DNA from: a virus
Direction: 5' to 3' (one strand)
Virus record (IMG/VR): IMGVR_UViG_3300021180_000005
Span: 1-64,000 of that record
Length of the DNA: 64,000 nucleotides
Positions 48,355-58,313 of the stretch are shown here, one piece after another; position 1 is the stretch's first letter; each line of letters begins with the position of its first letter. Below the pieces are notes generated by a model. That model was not told where the DNA came from, made no database searches, and saw nothing but the letters and a program-made list of their open reading frames with translations. The position numbers and the translations under genes are program-made.

Positions 48355-49127
48355 CTGAGTCTCTTCCTTATCTCTTCATCAATTCTTTTATGAAGGTTTG
48401 TGTACTTCATAGCTTCGTGAAGATTGTCATCAATAGACTTGAGCTTAGACTCATAAAAACTTGAGGAAAGACCTCCTAAAATATCCATGAATTCCTGTTG
48501 TGTTTCAAATGACAATATACTGTCTGTATTAAAATACTCATTGACATTGGGACAACCCCAGTAAATCGGTACAGTGCGAGATACCAAGCAATCTATCAAC
48601 TTTTCTGTGATCCAATTCTTACGTTTTCCGTTTTCCATGACTATAGCGTACTGGAACGGGTATAAAAATTCCTTCTTGTCTTCCACATATGGAGGAGACA
48701 TGTGCTTAATGATGGGTATTTGCCCCGCTTGTGCTGGTAGAGTGTTATATATGTCGTGCCTAAAGTAATGACCCTTGCACATAGTCTTGGAGCTGGTTAA
48801 ATAAGACACAGAGAACTGCTTTTTGGACACATCACAGTCATCTGTCGGGTCTTCAGCCCAGCGGCATGTGCCAAAGATAAACTTATGTGAATTATTAGGG
48901 CATCCTTCTAAGGTTCTTACATTCCACGCTAATATAAGATCATAAAATGTATGACTGTCAAGTAACGTTTGTTCTGTTGGTACGATGTCGGGAGGTTCCA
49001 ACTGAAAGAACACCTTATACTCTGTGGTGTCGGAAAAGTCAAATGTATCTGTGGCTATAGACACAGGTCTAATTTGATCTGCAAAATGATTGTGTAGCGT
49101 CCCACCTATGGTTTTTGTTTTGAACAT
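48351..49127 (-). CDS. GT10-like glycosyltransferase
   Basis: FQYAIVMEN..NWITEKL.DCL...VPIYWG; start placed at ATG 49127. Confidence 0.85.
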   Translation of the reverse strand: MFKTKTIGGTLHNHFADQIRPVSIATDTFDFSDTTEYKVFFQLEPPDIVPTEQTLLDSHTFYDLILAWNVRTLEGCPNNSHKFIFGTCRWAEDPTDDCDVSKKQFSVSYLTSSKTMCKGHYFRHDIYNTLPAQAGQIPIIKHMSPPYVEDKKEFLYPFQYAIVMENGKRKNWITEKLIDCLVSRTVPIYWGCPNVNEYFNTDSILSFETQQEFMDILGGLSSSFYESKLKSIDDNLHEAMKYTNLHKRIDEEIRKRLR

Positions 49128-50047
49128 TGAGTCGTATACCAATCTATGGTACTCTGAAGTCCTTTCCATAAGGGTGTTCTGGCTCTGAATCCGAAAGTTG
49201 TGGCGCGGGTGCAATCGAACAATCTGCGAGATTGCCCTTCTGGTTTACTGCTGTCCCATTTTGTCAACCCTTGGTGCCCTAGTAGAGAGGTTATCAAACT
49301 AACAACGCTCTCTATAGATACTTCATCACCTGTAGCAATGTTGACTGGTTCTTCATCGTCATATAATTCTGTAGCAAGTACTATAGCCTCTGCGCAGTCC
49401 TCAACATACAGGAACTCACGGCTAGCTTTACCTGTTCCCCAAGCTGTGAAGTCAGTACCGTTTTGCATGGCTTCCATACATTTGCGTATGAGTGATGGAA
49501 TCACATGGGAACGTGCTGGGTCAAAACTATCTCGTGGCCCGTACATGTTCACAGGTACAAGTCCGATAGCATTCATGCCGTACTGCTTGCGATACGCTTT
49601 GCATTGCTCCAAAAGGACACGCTTGGCGATGCCATAGGGGGCATTGGTCTCTTCTGGGTAACCATTCCATAGGTACTCTTCTTTAGCTGGTAAACTAACG
49701 TTCAACGGGTAGGCACACACACTGCTAATTGCTACGAACTTCTCTACGTTATGTTCTCTGGCACCTTCTAGAACTTCTGTATTCATTGTCAGGTTATCAT
49801 ATAGGAACTTTGCAGGGTTTGCAGAGCAGGACTGTATACCGCCGCACATAGCGGCTGCGTGAATTACAACATCTGGGGTATACGCACTATACAGCTCACA
49901 CACTTCTTCACGTCGTCTCAGGTCATAGTCTATGTGTCTAGCAGATACTACATCTTTGCATCCGTGCTCGTGTAGTTTGTCTACAACGTGGCTGCCGAGG
50001 AAACCTTCTCCTCCAGTTACCAGTACACGTTTGGTTGTGAGATTCAT
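49106..50047 (-). CDS. fcl: GDP-L-fucose synthase / ColC-like epimerase-reductase
   Basis: [43 protein letters not shown]. Confidence 0.92.
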   Translation of the reverse strand: MNLTTKRVLVTGGEGFLGSHVVDKLHEHGCKDVVSARHIDYDLRRREEVCELYSAYTPDVVIHAAAMCGGIQSCSANPAKFLYDNLTMNTEVLEGAREHNVEKFVAISSVCAYPLNVSLPAKEEYLWNGYPEETNAPYGIAKRVLLEQCKAYRKQYGMNAIGLVPVNMYGPRDSFDPARSHVIPSLIRKCMEAMQNGTDFTAWGTGKASREFLYVEDCAEAIVLATELYDDEEPVNIATGDEVSIESVVSLITSLLGHQGLTKWDSSKPEGQSRRLFDCTRATTFGFRARTPLWKGLQSTIDWYTTQCSKQKP

Positions 50048-51003
50048 TGTCTGAGTTCCTTTAGATCAGCCTCTACCATCATTATGAGAAGTTCATTCCA
50101 TTTTACCTTAGGTTCCCATCCAAGTTCTCTTTTAGCCTTAGAGGCATCGCCTTGTAAAATATCAACTTCTGTTGGCCTAAAATACTTTTGGTCGATTCCC
50201 ACATAGTCATGCCAATTCATGTCTAAATGACTAAAAACTACTTCAAGCATCTCTTTAATTGAGTGGGTCTCTCCAGTGGCTAAAACATAATCAGATGGAG
50301 TGCCCTTCTGAAGCATACGCCACATACCTTCTACATACTCAGCCGCATAGCCTATATCTCTCTTTGCCTCTAAATTTCCAAGAAGCAATTTGTCTTGAAG
50401 TCCTAACTTTATACGAGCGGCTGCAAGAGTTAATTTGTGCGTTACAAAGGTTTCTCCCCGGCGAGGACTTTCATGGTTGAATAGTATACCGTTGCTGGCA
50501 TGCAATCCTTGCTCTCTTGCATTCACTGTATACCAAAATGCGAACTGCTTGGCAATGCCGTACGGGCTACGAGGGTAAAAAGGTGTGGTCTCTCGTTGTG
50601 GCGTCTCCAGAACCTTGCCGAATAATTCTGAAGAACTAGCTTGGTAGTACCTTGTCTCTGGGCAATGTGTTTTTACAGCCTCCAGAAGTCTAAGTGTTCC
50701 CATAGCGTCTACATCAGCTGTGTATTCAGGGCAGTCAAAACTCACACGTACGTGGGACTGAGCGCCCAAGTTGTAGGTCTCATCGGGTTTTATTTTAGAC
50801 AGCATAGACCCAAGCGCACTGCCATCGCTGAGGTCTCCGAAGTGCAGATGCAATTGGTCAAAAATATGATCTATACGTGCCGTGTTCAAGGAAGATGAAC
50901 GCCTCACAATGCCATGCACTTCGTATCCCTTGCTTAGCAATAGCTCCGACAAGTAGGACCCATCTTGCCCTGTCACCCCGGTAATTAGCGCCTTTTTAGG
51001 CAT
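50044..51003 (-). CDS. gmd: GDP-mannose 4,6-dehydratase
   Basis: [47 protein letters not shown]. Confidence 0.97.
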   Translation of the reverse strand: MPKKALITGVTGQDGSYLSELLLSKGYEVHGIVRRSSSLNTARIDHIFDQLHLHFGDLSDGSALGSMLSKIKPDETYNLGAQSHVRVSFDCPEYTADVDAMGTLRLLEAVKTHCPETRYYQASSSELFGKVLETPQRETTPFYPRSPYGIAKQFAFWYTVNAREQGLHASNGILFNHESPRRGETFVTHKLTLAAARIKLGLQDKLLLGNLEAKRDIGYAAEYVEGMWRMLQKGTPSDYVLATGETHSIKEMLEVVFSHLDMNWHDYVGIDQKYFRPTEVDILQGDASKAKRELGWEPKVKWNELLIMMVEADLKELRQ

Positions 51004-51176
51004 CCTTCTTCCTCCTGAGTCTTACATAGTTTATGCATAAGGAAGTACTCTTTATCTCTAATCTCTATATGTGCATCTACTGTTTCTACTCTGTTGGAAC
51101 ACAACACACACCGTCTGCTGTACAGTTTGAAGTACATCTCTAATGCTAATTTTTTCCATTTCATATTCTGAGCCAT
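50985..51176 (-). CDS. small Cys/His protein
   Basis: CVLC...HKLC; coupled ORF. Confidence 0.5.
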   Translation of the reverse strand: MAQNMKWKKLALEMYFKLYSRRCVLCSNRVETVDAHIEIRDKEYFLMHKLCKTQEEEGCLKRR

Positions 51177-51898
51177 CGTTCTGGTACTATATCTATTGAA
51201 TCTTCATTGCCTGTTCTAAACCACTGCTTAGGAGCTATCACGGTTCCTGTTTTGTCTGCCCCCAACCACGCGCCCCACCATGAGAACGAAGAATTGGCAA
51301 TGATGGCATTCTTGCACTTACTCATTAACCATATGTCTTCATGCGGTGCACAATTTACTCTAGTCATTGGGTATGGCAGTTCTAAATTATAATTCGCATC
51401 ATCTGAGAACACAAAGAAGTGTGGATTAGAAAAATGTTTGGCGGCTTCTTGATAATAACTCATAGGCAGCGTACCATGTCTCTGTGCAGCCCATGTAAGG
51501 TAGTCCCCTCGTCTAACATGAAGCATTACGCTATTTGGTGTATCTCTGATAATAGAAGCTACCACCTGAGCAGATGAACTAGGCGTATCCCTAAGAGTAA
51601 GTTCTGATTTTAGTTCATTTTCTACTATATTGAAATACCTCTCACACTGGTAATAACCTGCCAATATAGCCGGGTCTTCAATTTCTGGATTGGGGTCAAA
51701 ACGCAGTGATCTCTCTGCAACCCATCTCCAGCCGGGATGAGGCAGTATAGGCAGCGCTATGTTGAAACGGTTGAGTTGACACCCATATTGATTGCAAGAG
51801 TCCAGCAGGCTTACCGAATGTGTTTTAGATAAAGAACGAGCAAAGGCATATTGAAATAGAGTGTTGCCTATACCTCCGCATAGATTAACGGATATCAT
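51161..51898 (-). CDS. GT11 alpha-1,2-fucosyl/colitosyl-transferase-like
   Basis: GGIGNTLFQYA, HVRRGDY, FSDD, NSSFSWWGAWL; start ATG 51898. Confidence 0.92.
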   Translation of the reverse strand: MISVNLCGGIGNTLFQYAFARSLSKTHSVSLLDSCNQYGCQLNRFNIALPILPHPGWRWVAERSLRFDPNPEIEDPAILAGYYQCERYFNIVENELKSELTLRDTPSSSAQVVASIIRDTPNSVMLHVRRGDYLTWAAQRHGTLPMSYYQEAAKHFSNPHFFVFSDDANYNLELPYPMTRVNCAPHEDIWLMSKCKNAIIANSSFSWWGAWLGADKTGTVIAPKQWFRTGNEDSIDIVPERWLRI

Positions 51899-51906
51899 TC
51901 TGAGTC

Positions 51907-52677
51907 CTAACTGTTGATCGGACTGGGCCATGTACAATGGCTCCACGTGCGATCCGCATGATCCCTGTAGTACTGTTCCTCTTCTGAGAAAGGCTTTTCT
52001 AAATACCACGGCGTATGCTCCATTACGTACGGCATGTCCATACGAATATTTTGCCATCCTGCCCCAATCCATGGTGAATATGAATTGTAAATAGCAAAAG
52101 TGGTATCTATAGGTGCTAAAAACTCTCCAGAGGAGTGTTTTTTCTTCCAAAATACACCTTCACCTTCCCAACCTTTACCGTCTCCATTGGTGATAAAGTC
52201 TCTGCTTAAATCAGGTATATTGTCTAGTCTAAGGCCGGGACCTACCTTACCACACCCCGGATTATCCTTAAGCAACCCTAGAAGCTTATCCACAAGGTCT
52301 GTTGGGCAACACTCTGACGGTATAAGATCAGAATCCGTCACCACGTATGGTGTTGCTTGCGTTAGGTGCCTCCCAGTGCTCCAAAAACCCCATGGACCTA
52401 GGTTAGCCTGTATTTCCACCGTTACGCCCTCTGGGAGGTCTCTATACCACTCCAGAAGAGGTCCGTAGGTGCTAGCGTTGTCCAAAATGACCACTTTTAC
52501 GGTGCCTGCCTTCAAAAGCCATTCTATTAATACTTTGGTACTGCTCAACCTGTCTCGATTGTTCACGAAGATTGGGATGTCTGAAGCCTGTACTGGGGTA
52601 ATTGGCGGTATGTCCACGTTACTTGTGGGACGTACTTGAACCGTGCTCCTGCTGAGGCGGCGTTTAGGAAAGTCCAC
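51907..52677 (-). CDS. GT2-like glycosyltransferase (start uncertain)
   Basis: IPIFVNNRDRL, ILDNASTY, VVTDSD, APIDTTFA. Confidence 0.8.
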   Translation of the reverse strand: MDFPKRRLSRSTVQVRPTSNVDIPPITPVQASDIPIFVNNRDRLSSTKVLIEWLLKAGTVKVVILDNASTYGPLLEWYRDLPEGVTVEIQANLGPWGFWSTGRHLTQATPYVVTDSDLIPSECCPTDLVDKLLGLLKDNPGCGKVGPGLRLDNIPDLSRDFITNGDGKGWEGEGVFWKKKHSSGEFLAPIDTTFAIYNSYSPWIGAGWQNIRMDMPYVMEHTPWYLEKPFSEEEQYYRDHADRTWSHCTWPSPINS

Positions 52678-53969
52678 TGATCTTCTCCGGGGTAGTGTTT
52701 AAGGTCAAATCCGCCGATTTTCTCGAACATGCTTCTGCGGAATAAGCATGTAACAGGAATGTAGTTAGCAGTTTTAACTTCATCATAGTTAAATTCCCTA
52801 GTGCGCCAAGTTTTTACAAAGCCTTCTTCTTGGCAATCACTGTATATAACATCTGCGCCTTCACTGGCTGCTGCTAAAACTGCAATATGTTCAGGCATGA
52901 GGAGGTCATCATCATCACAAAAAGCCAACCATTCATATGACTGATCTATGCCTTGTACAATGGTATTGCGCATTGTGGCGGCACCAACTTTATAGCAGTC
53001 TTCTTCCACAGCGTGCAAAATTTCCCCATCCCATGTCTGAGCTTTAACGGATGCCTTGCATTCCTCAAGAAGTTTACTTCTACTTGCCACTGTGGGAGTA
53101 ATCACAGCTATTTTTCTTATTTTATGTTCTCTGCCCTCTGGGTTAAACATTTCGTGTTCCCAATCATAAAATTCACGTATGTCTTTATTATGAAACCCAC
53201 TTACTGGAGCAACTACACCTTGCATCCAAGCAGTGTGCTTATCATATACCCACGATTTATCAAACTTTGACGGAGAGCCTTCTACGTAGTTTGTACGCGA
53301 TAGATGTATGCTAATGGTACTGTTGTTGTGCTCTGGACCTCTGCCATATACATTCTCCTCATACCGAGTATCGTGGTGTATTTTTAAGTCTTCATGAGTA
53401 TACACCAAGCCACCTGTCCAGCGGTCTTCGGCCCATGTTAGGACGTTTAATACTTTTGTCACCGGAGCATTGTTCGGCCTATGTGGTGCCCTTGATCTTA
53501 AAGGTCTTCTATTTGGAGACACTACTACGATTGTGTCCTCTATGGGGATATGCGCAGTTGCCAATGGTCCATATGCTTTTTTACTTAACCAATAACCAGA
53601 GCCTCCAGTGGCATATGCAAAGCCGCCCTGCGGCCTGCACGCAAAGTTGCCAACATAATCGTATTTCTCAAACCCACTATTTAACAACCTGCTGGGACAT
53701 ACATATGTATCAGGGAAACACTTAAAAATAAAATCATACTCATGTTCCAAAGCCCACTTATACATAGCACGCGTTTTATAAGTAACATTCTGGTAGTCAT
53801 CTGGGACATCTAAAAATACTTCATCAGGTTGAGAACAGATGCTCCCTTGTCCCATAAATATTCTGTAATCTGCCCCAGATACCAGAGGTAACCACGTGTC
53901 CCGCATTGCTTGATTGTTTCCGTTTGTGCGGAACAATTCGCAAGACAATACCGCTATGAGTACTTTCAT
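52563..53969 (-). CDS. two-domain glycosyltransferase (GT31-like + GT2)
   Basis: RDTW...GGSGYWLS...ED; AFCDDDD...IGGFD..GEDQW. Confidence 0.85.
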   Translation of the reverse strand: MKVLIAVLSCELFRTNGNNQAMRDTWLPLVSGADYRIFMGQGSICSQPDEVFLDVPDDYQNVTYKTRAMYKWALEHEYDFIFKCFPDTYVCPSRLLNSGFEKYDYVGNFACRPQGGFAYATGGSGYWLSKKAYGPLATAHIPIEDTIVVVSPNRRPLRSRAPHRPNNAPVTKVLNVLTWAEDRWTGGLVYTHEDLKIHHDTRYEENVYGRGPEHNNSTISIHLSRTNYVEGSPSKFDKSWVYDKHTAWMQGVVAPVSGFHNKDIREFYDWEHEMFNPEGREHKIRKIAVITPTVASRSKLLEECKASVKAQTWDGEILHAVEEDCYKVGAATMRNTIVQGIDQSYEWLAFCDDDDLLMPEHIAVLAAASEGADVIYSDCQEEGFVKTWRTREFNYDEVKTANYIPVTCLFRRSMFEKIGGFDLKHYPGEDQWTFLNAASAGARFKYVPQVTWTYRQLPQYRLQTSQSS

Positions 53970-54256
53970 TACTTCTCCGAGTCGTCTTTGTGATCATCCT
54001 TTTTAAATGCCCCTACAATCTTACCTATACCGTATGGTGCTGTAGAGAATGTAGCAAGAGAGCCTATTACCAAGGGTAAGTTTCCCATCCACACCGATAG
54101 TTTATCAACAGGTTGTGACATCATGTGCCTAAATATAAACCATATCAACGCCATAGATGATAACGACAACCATGTACTGGTTATGCGAGAGGAACTGGGA
54201 GAGCCATTCTCGCTAAACGCTTTACCAAGGAAAGACCAAACGCGTTCCATGTTCAT
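53969..54256 (-). CDS. small membrane protein (holin-like)
   Basis: SSSR motif, two hydrophobic segments, charged tail. Confidence 0.55.
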   Translation of the reverse strand: MNMERVWSFLGKAFSENGSPSSSRITSTWLSLSSMALIWFIFRHMMSQPVDKLSVWMGNLPLVIGSLATFSTAPYGIGKIVGAFKKDDHKDDSEK

Positions 54257-54265
54257 ACTGTGCCT

Positions 54266-55399
54266 TTACTCGTAAAGTGGAGTATTAAACCCGTCTCCGT
54301 CTGCTGAGATAGGAGTAAATGGTGTAATTGTTCCAAGACTTGCAGGAAGAACTCCAGCTACTGATGGGTTAGCCGCCGTGCCACAACGTGTTGCGTTTTT
54401 AATATAAAGAGGCATGGCTCTAGTTCCTGCAGCGCTTTGAAGTACTATACCTGTAAATGTATCTGCCCCTCCAGCTGTAGTGCTGGTTTGTGCATGCCAA
54501 TATGTTCCGGGAGGTAGGGTTACAGAAGGGCTTATGGTATTTGTCTGGACTGTAGGAGAGGTAAGACAGGTGAACGTCCCTGTGTCTAACAACTTGTTGC
54601 CTGCAAAACTATAAATACCAAATGCTGCCACTGGACCAATGGTGTTATTTGTACAACTAATACTGGCTTTAGATACAGTTATAGCCACGTCCAGTTGAAA
54701 CAAATAAACAATTACTTTATTGGCTGTATTTACTCCGTTCACAGCAGTTGCTGATGGTGCTTGCCAACCTCCACTAGTAAAAACTGTACCTAAGTCCCGT
54801 ATGCCGGGACCGTACATAAATGATGCACTACCAGAGAAAGAAGCAGAGCTAGCTGCTATGGTGGTTCCTCCGAAGGCGTCGGACGTGAGGGTAACGTTGG
54901 CTCCTGCGATAAGGTTGTGTACACTTTGAAGAGCGTTTGGTGTACCATTAGTTTGAAATACTGCACCTGTTATATTGACTGTTCCGTTTCCTGCATCGGA
55001 TACAGATACACTGTTCTGTCCCTGCAAGTTCAGTAATAGTTGATTTACGTTCGGCGTGCCATTTACTTGCAATGCGAGTGCCGTGCCTATACCACTGCCT
55101 GTACCTACTCCCCCGACGCTCTGGTCAGTATATACCTGCGATATTTTGCCACCGAAGGCTACTACCAGTGTATACAGTCCGGGATTAAGATATACATCCC
55201 CATGTCCAAAGCCATCCGTCAACACAGGAAAGGTCAAAGGTACTAACCCTGCCGGATCAGAAAACGCAACTGCCACTGGTGTGGGAGGATAAGTAGTAAT
55301 GTTAGCTGGTTGGTTACACCAGAATAACTGCGCACCCGGAATTGCTGGCCCTAAAACTGTTTTTACAAACTCGTCTACTCTGTATAAATTTGCTGACAT
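54266..55399 (-). CDS. putative fiber/decoration protein
   Basis: PVLTDGFG; repeated L.AG.NVT.T..G.VTI. Confidence 0.65.
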   Translation of the reverse strand: MSANLYRVDEFVKTVLGPAIPGAQLFWCNQPANITTYPPTPVAVAFSDPAGLVPLTFPVLTDGFGHGDVYLNPGLYTLVVAFGGKISQVYTDQSVGGVGTGSGIGTALALQVNGTPNVNQLLLNLQGQNSVSVSDAGNGTVNITGAVFQTNGTPNALQSVHNLIAGANVTLTSDAFGGTTIAASSASFSGSASFMYGPGIRDLGTVFTSGGWQAPSATAVNGVNTANKVIVYLFQLDVAITVSKASISCTNNTIGPVAAFGIYSFAGNKLLDTGTFTCLTSPTVQTNTISPSVTLPPGTYWHAQTSTTAGGADTFTGIVLQSAAGTRAMPLYIKNATRCGTAANPSVAGVLPASLGTITPFTPISADGDGFNTPLYE

Positions 55400-55405
55400 A
55401 TTACT

Positions 55406-55507
55406 CTAGCCCCATGTCCATCCGCAGATACATTTCAAAACTTCTGCTAAGCTTGATTTTCTCAACTCGCGCCCACACAATGGGCACTTGCGCATCCAGA
55501 AGTACAC
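55406..55507 (-). CDS. Zn-ribbon miniprotein (33 aa, not in ORF track)
   Basis: GAGG SD; KCPLCG...KCICGW. Confidence 0.5.
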   Translation of the reverse strand: MYFWMRKCPLCGRELRKSSLAEVLKCICGWTWG

Positions 55508-55520
55508 AAAGCACCTCTAT

Positions 55521-56375
55521 TTACCAACTCAAAAAACTAAACTCGTTATTAAGGTCCCCATCACTATTACCAAATGGAATGCGATGTATTGTCTCGTGCT
55601 GCATACGCCGTATATTAGCGTTTTTCAATGCGAACATTTGTGCAGCTGCTTCTGCTTTTAAATCCGCTAGACCCGGTGACCCCAACATGGTTGCGTATAG
55701 CACAGCAGTTTCAAACGCTAGGAAATCCGTACAATCAGGTACAGGTACAAACGTAGCGTTAAAATCCAGCGTTGGGCTGAAGAACTGAGGTAGAGAACAA
55801 TAGTACCGCATGCGAATATCTCTCTGCGATGTTGCTCCTATGAAATTCAGCTTAAGATTACGCCATTCCCAGTATCTTAAATGCCTGCCTTGCAAAAGGC
55901 TAGGCAATCCCCCGGAGGGTGCCTCCATATCCCTAAAAGGATCGTTTGACCCTGTAGAGCGTTCCCATAACTTTGTAGGGTACAACATATCATTTGGTAA
56001 TATAAAGTTGGGCCAAATCTGTGTACCATCAAAGTACCCTTCTGGTCCTAAAAAGGTCTGTATCGAAGGGTCAGAACTGCCCATGCCTTGCGTTGGGCTG
56101 TTGATAATAGGCAAACCTGTGACAATGACATTATCACGAATTAGAACTGGATCACCTACTCCTCTTAGCGATCTGTACAGCTTTCGTATAGATGAATTAA
56201 GCATCGGTTGAACGAAAGGCGAGATTGCTGGATTGTCGGTAAAAATTTGTCCTTCTCCCGGCGTATTCGTAGCACCTGCCTGAGAGTCGTTAATGAGCGC
56301 CCTGATCAAATTACAAATTGTTTCCAAACTAGTACTGCTGTCCGCCTGAGGCAGATTAAGTGTAGGTGATGACAT
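55521..56375 (-). CDS. head-tail adaptor-like protein
   Basis: LP.D.L...LWER, YWEWR, position; family inferred. Confidence 0.6.
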   Translation of the reverse strand: MSSPTLNLPQADSSTSLETICNLIRALINDSQAGATNTPGEGQIFTDNPAISPFVQPMLNSSIRKLYRSLRGVGDPVLIRDNVIVTGLPIINSPTQGMGSSDPSIQTFLGPEGYFDGTQIWPNFILPNDMLYPTKLWERSTGSNDPFRDMEAPSGGLPSLLQGRHLRYWEWRNLKLNFIGATSQRDIRMRYYCSLPQFFSPTLDFNATFVPVPDCTDFLAFETAVLYATMLGSPGLADLKAEAAAQMFALKNANIRRMQHETIHRIPFGNSDGDLNNEFSFLSW

Positions 56376-56378
56376 TTT

Positions 56379-57380
56379 CTAATCCTTTAAAACTCTTAGC
56401 CATTGCTTGGCACTACGCCTAGCGTAAATAACCAGTTTTATACTGTTAAACAACGCGCTTATAACACCTAGTGGACATAGCTGCCGAGATATGCCATTCT
56501 CTATGGCTTTCACATTTGTCTCTGGAACAATAGACAAGAAAGAAGCCCACGGTACTTGAGAAGAACAAAGCAAAGGTGTATATACGGACACCGCATCTGC
56601 TGCAGTTAAGCAAAATGTTTCGGTAAAAGATACGCACATTGCTAAGTCCATCTTGCTCATTGTCACAAGGAAAGCCCTACGCTCTAACCAAGGCAGTTCC
56701 TTAAGAGTATGCTGTGTATTAGCAAACAGAGACCTGAGATTCTTTAACACTTCTTCTCCTCCCTGCTCTACTCTGGAGTTTACGTAGAAGTGCAGCTCTT
56801 TGCTTTTGTTATTGGCATAACTTATTGCTGCCATGGCTTGCTCTAGGTGGTTTTTCAGTGGACGTATTGCTCCGAAGCATCCTATATGCAATGCTGGATG
56901 TTTAAATTCACTATCATACCTAGTCTCTGGGTAGTAATTAGGAAGGTATAAGAAACCTCTACTGCTGCCTGCTGCTTCTTTGAAAGTTTCTCTTGCTCTT
57001 TTATCGTTAAATGCTACGTACACGCCTCGCTTTATGTACTCAAAAACCCATGACACCGCTACGCCTTCGCTGGCTAAGAATGGCACATCGCTATGCAGTC
57101 TTACTATCCACTTAACGTTTGGATGCAGATTTTTCAATATGTCGAATTTCTCTGGTACAACCCACAGAGCTTCTACTATAACCACGTCTGGTCTAAACTC
57201 GGTTACTTCTTTGTCTATACCGTTGTTATCCACTACGGTCACTAACTCAGCGTCAACTCCGTTATCTCGTAGCATATCCACTACAAACTTTGCAGAATTA
57301 AAAAGGCCGCTTGAATTGTAGTGGTGCTTACCACCGCCGTGTGTATAGCCATTTTTCTTAAGTATAAATAGTACTTTCAT
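56379..57380 (-). CDS. GT4-like glycosyltransferase
   Basis: GAIRPLKN, SFTETFCLTAADA; GGAG SD before ATG 57380. Confidence 0.78.
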   Translation of the reverse strand: MKVLFILKKNGYTHGGGKHHYNSSGLFNSAKFVVDMLRDNGVDAELVTVVDNNGIDKEVTEFRPDVVIVEALWVVPEKFDILKNLHPNVKWIVRLHSDVPFLASEGVAVSWVFEYIKRGVYVAFNDKRARETFKEAAGSSRGFLYLPNYYPETRYDSEFKHPALHIGCFGAIRPLKNHLEQAMAAISYANNKSKELHFYVNSRVEQGGEEVLKNLRSLFANTQHTLKELPWLERRAFLVTMSKMDLAMCVSFTETFCLTAADAVSVYTPLLCSSQVPWASFLSIVPETNVKAIENGISRQLCPLGVISALFNSIKLVIYARRSAKQWLRVLKD

Positions 57381-57462
57381 TGTCAAGTCTCCATTGCAGG
57401 TTTGGGGGTTTCTGTAATGGACTTGGCCAGTAGGTCCAAAGTATTTGCGATATAAATAAGCA

Positions 57463-57615
57463 TAGGGGGAGTGGAGCAATATACCTCTAACGGACTCAGA
57501 TCGTTAGTTGTTTATACTCACACTCCCCCTAAGGTCTAGTGCTAAAATTACATGGCACCCTACTAATTACACACTGCAATGCGTGACTCAGAAACGCTAT
57601 GCGAGTTTTCATTTT
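57463..57615. ncRNA. candidate structured intergenic RNA with two GACTCAGA loops
   Basis: TAGGGGGAGTG/CACTCCCCCTA outer stem; CTAACG-GACTCAGAT-CGTTAG; GCGT-GACTCAGAA-ACGC. Confidence 0.45.
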
Positions 57616-57641
57616 CAAGTACCAAGCTTGGTACTAATCTC

Positions 57642-58226
57642 TTAATGACGAGCAGCAATCTCTTTGCAAAGTGCTATGAATTCATCATGTGACAAACTTT
57701 GTTTTGCAAGGTTTGCATCCTTACAACATGGTACGCAGTTCTTTAGCGTATAACCTATAGCTGAGTCTAAACGGTCAATTCCGTTATATGTGTAGGTATC
57801 ATTACCTACCAAAGATAAACCACGTTTGGTTCTATTTCGTGAACTTACAGATGTGTATATGTTTGATGGTTCTCTACCTGTGTAATAGCAGGGAGATTCC
57901 GTAAGTTTTCTAAACTGTTCCTGAGTCAGTTCCCACATAATGCCACGGCTTTTAGCTTGACCTTTGTAATTTCCAAATAGTCCACTAAACTCTGGATTGC
58001 TCACTGTACGAAGACAACCACAGCTGCCTACACGGTTAGACCTTAGCTCATTAGTAGGGACATTTTTAGTATTACCACAGTCACAAAAGCATTGCCACGC
58101 TGTGATTCCATTTTCACTGATGCGTTTTTGCACCACTAAGCGCCTAAAGCGCTGTCCTTCTAAGTCTAAGTGCGCTTTTATTTTTCTAGGTGCTAAATCT
58201 TTACTTCCTTTTGGTCTTCCTAACAT
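57642..58226 (-). CDS. HNH-like homing endonuclease with AT-hook-like start
   Basis: GRPKGSKD, CFCDCG, SCGC, GIDRLDSAIGYTLKNCVPCC. Confidence 0.88.
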   Translation of the reverse strand: MLGRPKGSKDLAPRKIKAHLDLEGQRFRRLVVQKRISENGITAWQCFCDCGNTKNVPTNELRSNRVGSCGCLRTVSNPEFSGLFGNYKGQAKSRGIMWELTQEQFRKLTESPCYYTGREPSNIYTSVSSRNRTKRGLSLVGNDTYTYNGIDRLDSAIGYTLKNCVPCCKDANLAKQSLSHDEFIALCKEIAARH

Positions 58227-58302
58227 GATACCTCCTTCAAAGGTCGAGAAGGGAGCAGTTGAAGGCTGCTCCCAACTCTGACTCAGGATTATAAGCCCTG
58301 AG
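58227..58302 (-). ncRNA. structured leader copy C
   Basis: CTCAGGG-CTTATAA-TCCTGAG TCAGAG ..GGGAGCAG-CCTTCAA-CTGCTCCC.. TTGAAGG AGG. Confidence 0.75.
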
Positions 58303-58313
58303 GTATTAAAAAT

